64,000 nt of DNA. Origin: Chrysomallon squamiferum (lineage: Eukaryota; Animalia; Mollusca). The notes beneath the pieces are model-generated. The model searched no databases. It had not been told where the DNA came from and saw only the letters and a list, made by a program, of their open reading frames with translations. A program made the translations under genes and the position numbers. The stretch lies in NCBI GenBank assembly GCA_012295275.1, contig CM022665.1:17546001-17610000 (forward strand), read 5' to 3'. Shown piece after piece: positions 62,401 to 64,000 of this stretch. The number at the start of each line of letters is the position of its first letter. Within the stretch, counting starts at the first letter, position 1.

Positions 62401-63745
62401 AATTAAATAACAAAATCAAATATGAATGTAAAACATGATAGTCTTCCGTTTAATGACATAAAAATACATTTTAAAGCGAGAAAACCGCCAGTACGGCGTC
62501 TTGCAATGATCTAGGAATGCAGACTTCTCTGCCAAATTGCACTAAATATCGGTCCTAATTTCATAAACAAAACTCACTTGTTTAATTGTAAAGAATTTGG
62601 TGAAATAATATTGCAATCGTCATTAATATCCACTACCGACAAATTTTGTAAATCACAGAACGGCTAAATATAACGGTAAGTTAGGTCTCCATGTTAGACC
62701 TATTACATTAAAGAGATACTATTTATGATACATTTAGGCTATAGCTCATGTAATACATGCATTTACGTTATTATGGTATGTTCGTGCAAGTTACAGCTCA
62801 TGCAAGTTATGTTACAGTAGGCGTACAATGTAGGCCTTCATGGCACTGTCACACTGGTCTAAAAATAGTGACGGTGCCTGGAATCTACAGTCGACTTATA
62901 CACAAGTAATACCTAAAATGATGCAATTTTTGGTCTTAAAATACACATCGACTTATACATAAGGTCGCCTTGTACACAAGTATATACGGTAAGTTTTAAA
63001 CAGAAGTATGTGTCATAAACGTTAACTGTATATTATTATTTAAATCAACCACTTCAGTTACAATTTAAACAGAAATTTAAATGGTTTTGAATATAATTCA
63101 GATTTTTAAATATATGTGATAAAAAAATATTTTCCAGCTGTTGCAGAGAATGAGTCAAAAGTTCAGTGATTAATAAAATGTTTTGAAAAGTTTTGTTTAA
63201 ACATCTTTTTATGTGGAACTCAAGGATGTTAATAGTATTTATCATTTTTATATTTAAGCAAATATTTATATTTGTAAGTTACATTATTTATTTCCCAAAA
63301 CTTCAAAATAAAGCAGCTTTTTTTGCAGCATAGTCATAATATGTCAGTTTGAATTGATAGTCTTATTATAAAAAAAAAAAATTCATTATCATCATCATCA
63401 ACATTATTAATTTTATTATTATTTATTCATTATTGTTATTAATTTATTATCATCATCATGAAATCATCATCTTAATGATTACAGAGACTGTTGAACTACT
63501 CTCTAAGTGAAGCATACTAAATATTATCTACCCTGTATCCAAAAGAATGACTGAAGGCTCCTCACACATTTCTTTACAAAACTGTTTTTCAGAGTTTCAG
63601 CATTTTGAAGTGATCATACAGAAAACATCTCAAGATGGGAAGGGTCCAGCAATTAGTTTGGTAACATGTAGCCCACTGAAACCTACACCCACTTGTGAAG
63701 TAAACAAGGATTATATTCGCTGGCAACCCACAGGCGATGATGATG
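59440..63745 (+). CDS. Tandem SPRY/B30.2-domain protein (SPRYD3/RanBP9-type SPRY); 5' part only, continues past window
   Basis: Phase-consistent exons 59440-59614, 60585-60746, 60835-60922, 61300-61417, 62038-62158, 63593-63745. The product has SPRY hallmarks: PLSPERPYFFIQV, ITIGIA, PGNWNNSVGCHSNTGRCF, FGQGDVFGV, VVFLKN, YLPTISL. A second unit begins QSPCSLTTEFQHFEVII...PAISLV. Confidence 0.8.
62196..62989. mobile_element. Non-autonomous Tc1/mariner-superfamily (Tc2/pogo-like) MITE, copy 2
   Basis: CTGTATATACTTGTGTATAAGTCGA ... TCGCCTTGTACACAAGTATATACGG with TA target-site duplication (62194-95, 62990-91); same orientation as copy 1. Confidence 0.88.
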
Positions 63746-64000
63746 GTCAGTGATTTGTGAAGGGAGGAGGGGATTGTTATATTTCCTGGTTTAAAAAAAA
63801 ACAAAAAACAAAATATTTAACAGTTTGATGAGTACAGTGATACTTATTAATAATCAGAATGACAGCGTGTTTATTTCAAAACATTTCAGAATTAAATTTT
63901 GTCTGGCTTTTTTTTCTTTTTTTTTTTTTGTTCTCTATGAGCTCTAGGATGTGTTTTGATTTTAGATCAGTCCAGGAGTTGTTTTTTTGTTTGTTTTTTC

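Overview
This is AT-rich, microsatellite-laden animal genomic DNA with GT-AG introns; it looks invertebrate and possibly molluscan, but the taxon is an inference. It is not prokaryotic. Most of the window (70..53791, minus strand) is a giant RNF213/mysterin-like gene, traced by hand into 67 coding exons (about 12.95 kb CDS, about 4,300 aa). In order it encodes a double Zn-ribbon N-terminus, poly-Lys tracts, a CBM20-like domain, a stalk carrying an unexpected UBA-like insert, a dynein-like multi-AAA+ core with intact Walker motifs, part of the E3 module and a RING finger whose His ligand is replaced by Asp. The gene runs off the left edge, so the RZ finger and C-terminus are not visible. About six single-base indels, mostly in homopolymers, break the frame as assembled. 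A tandem-SPRY (SPRYD3-like) gene starts head-to-head on the plus strand at 59440 and runs off the right edge. The intergenic region holds two IRF/ISRE-type GAAAGTGAAA elements, one fused to an ETS site. Introns contain a 2.7 kb 52-bp minisatellite, a 43-bp repeat that multiplies a splice acceptor, two near-identical Tc1/mariner-type MITEs, degenerate TTAGGG repeats and many microsatellites.
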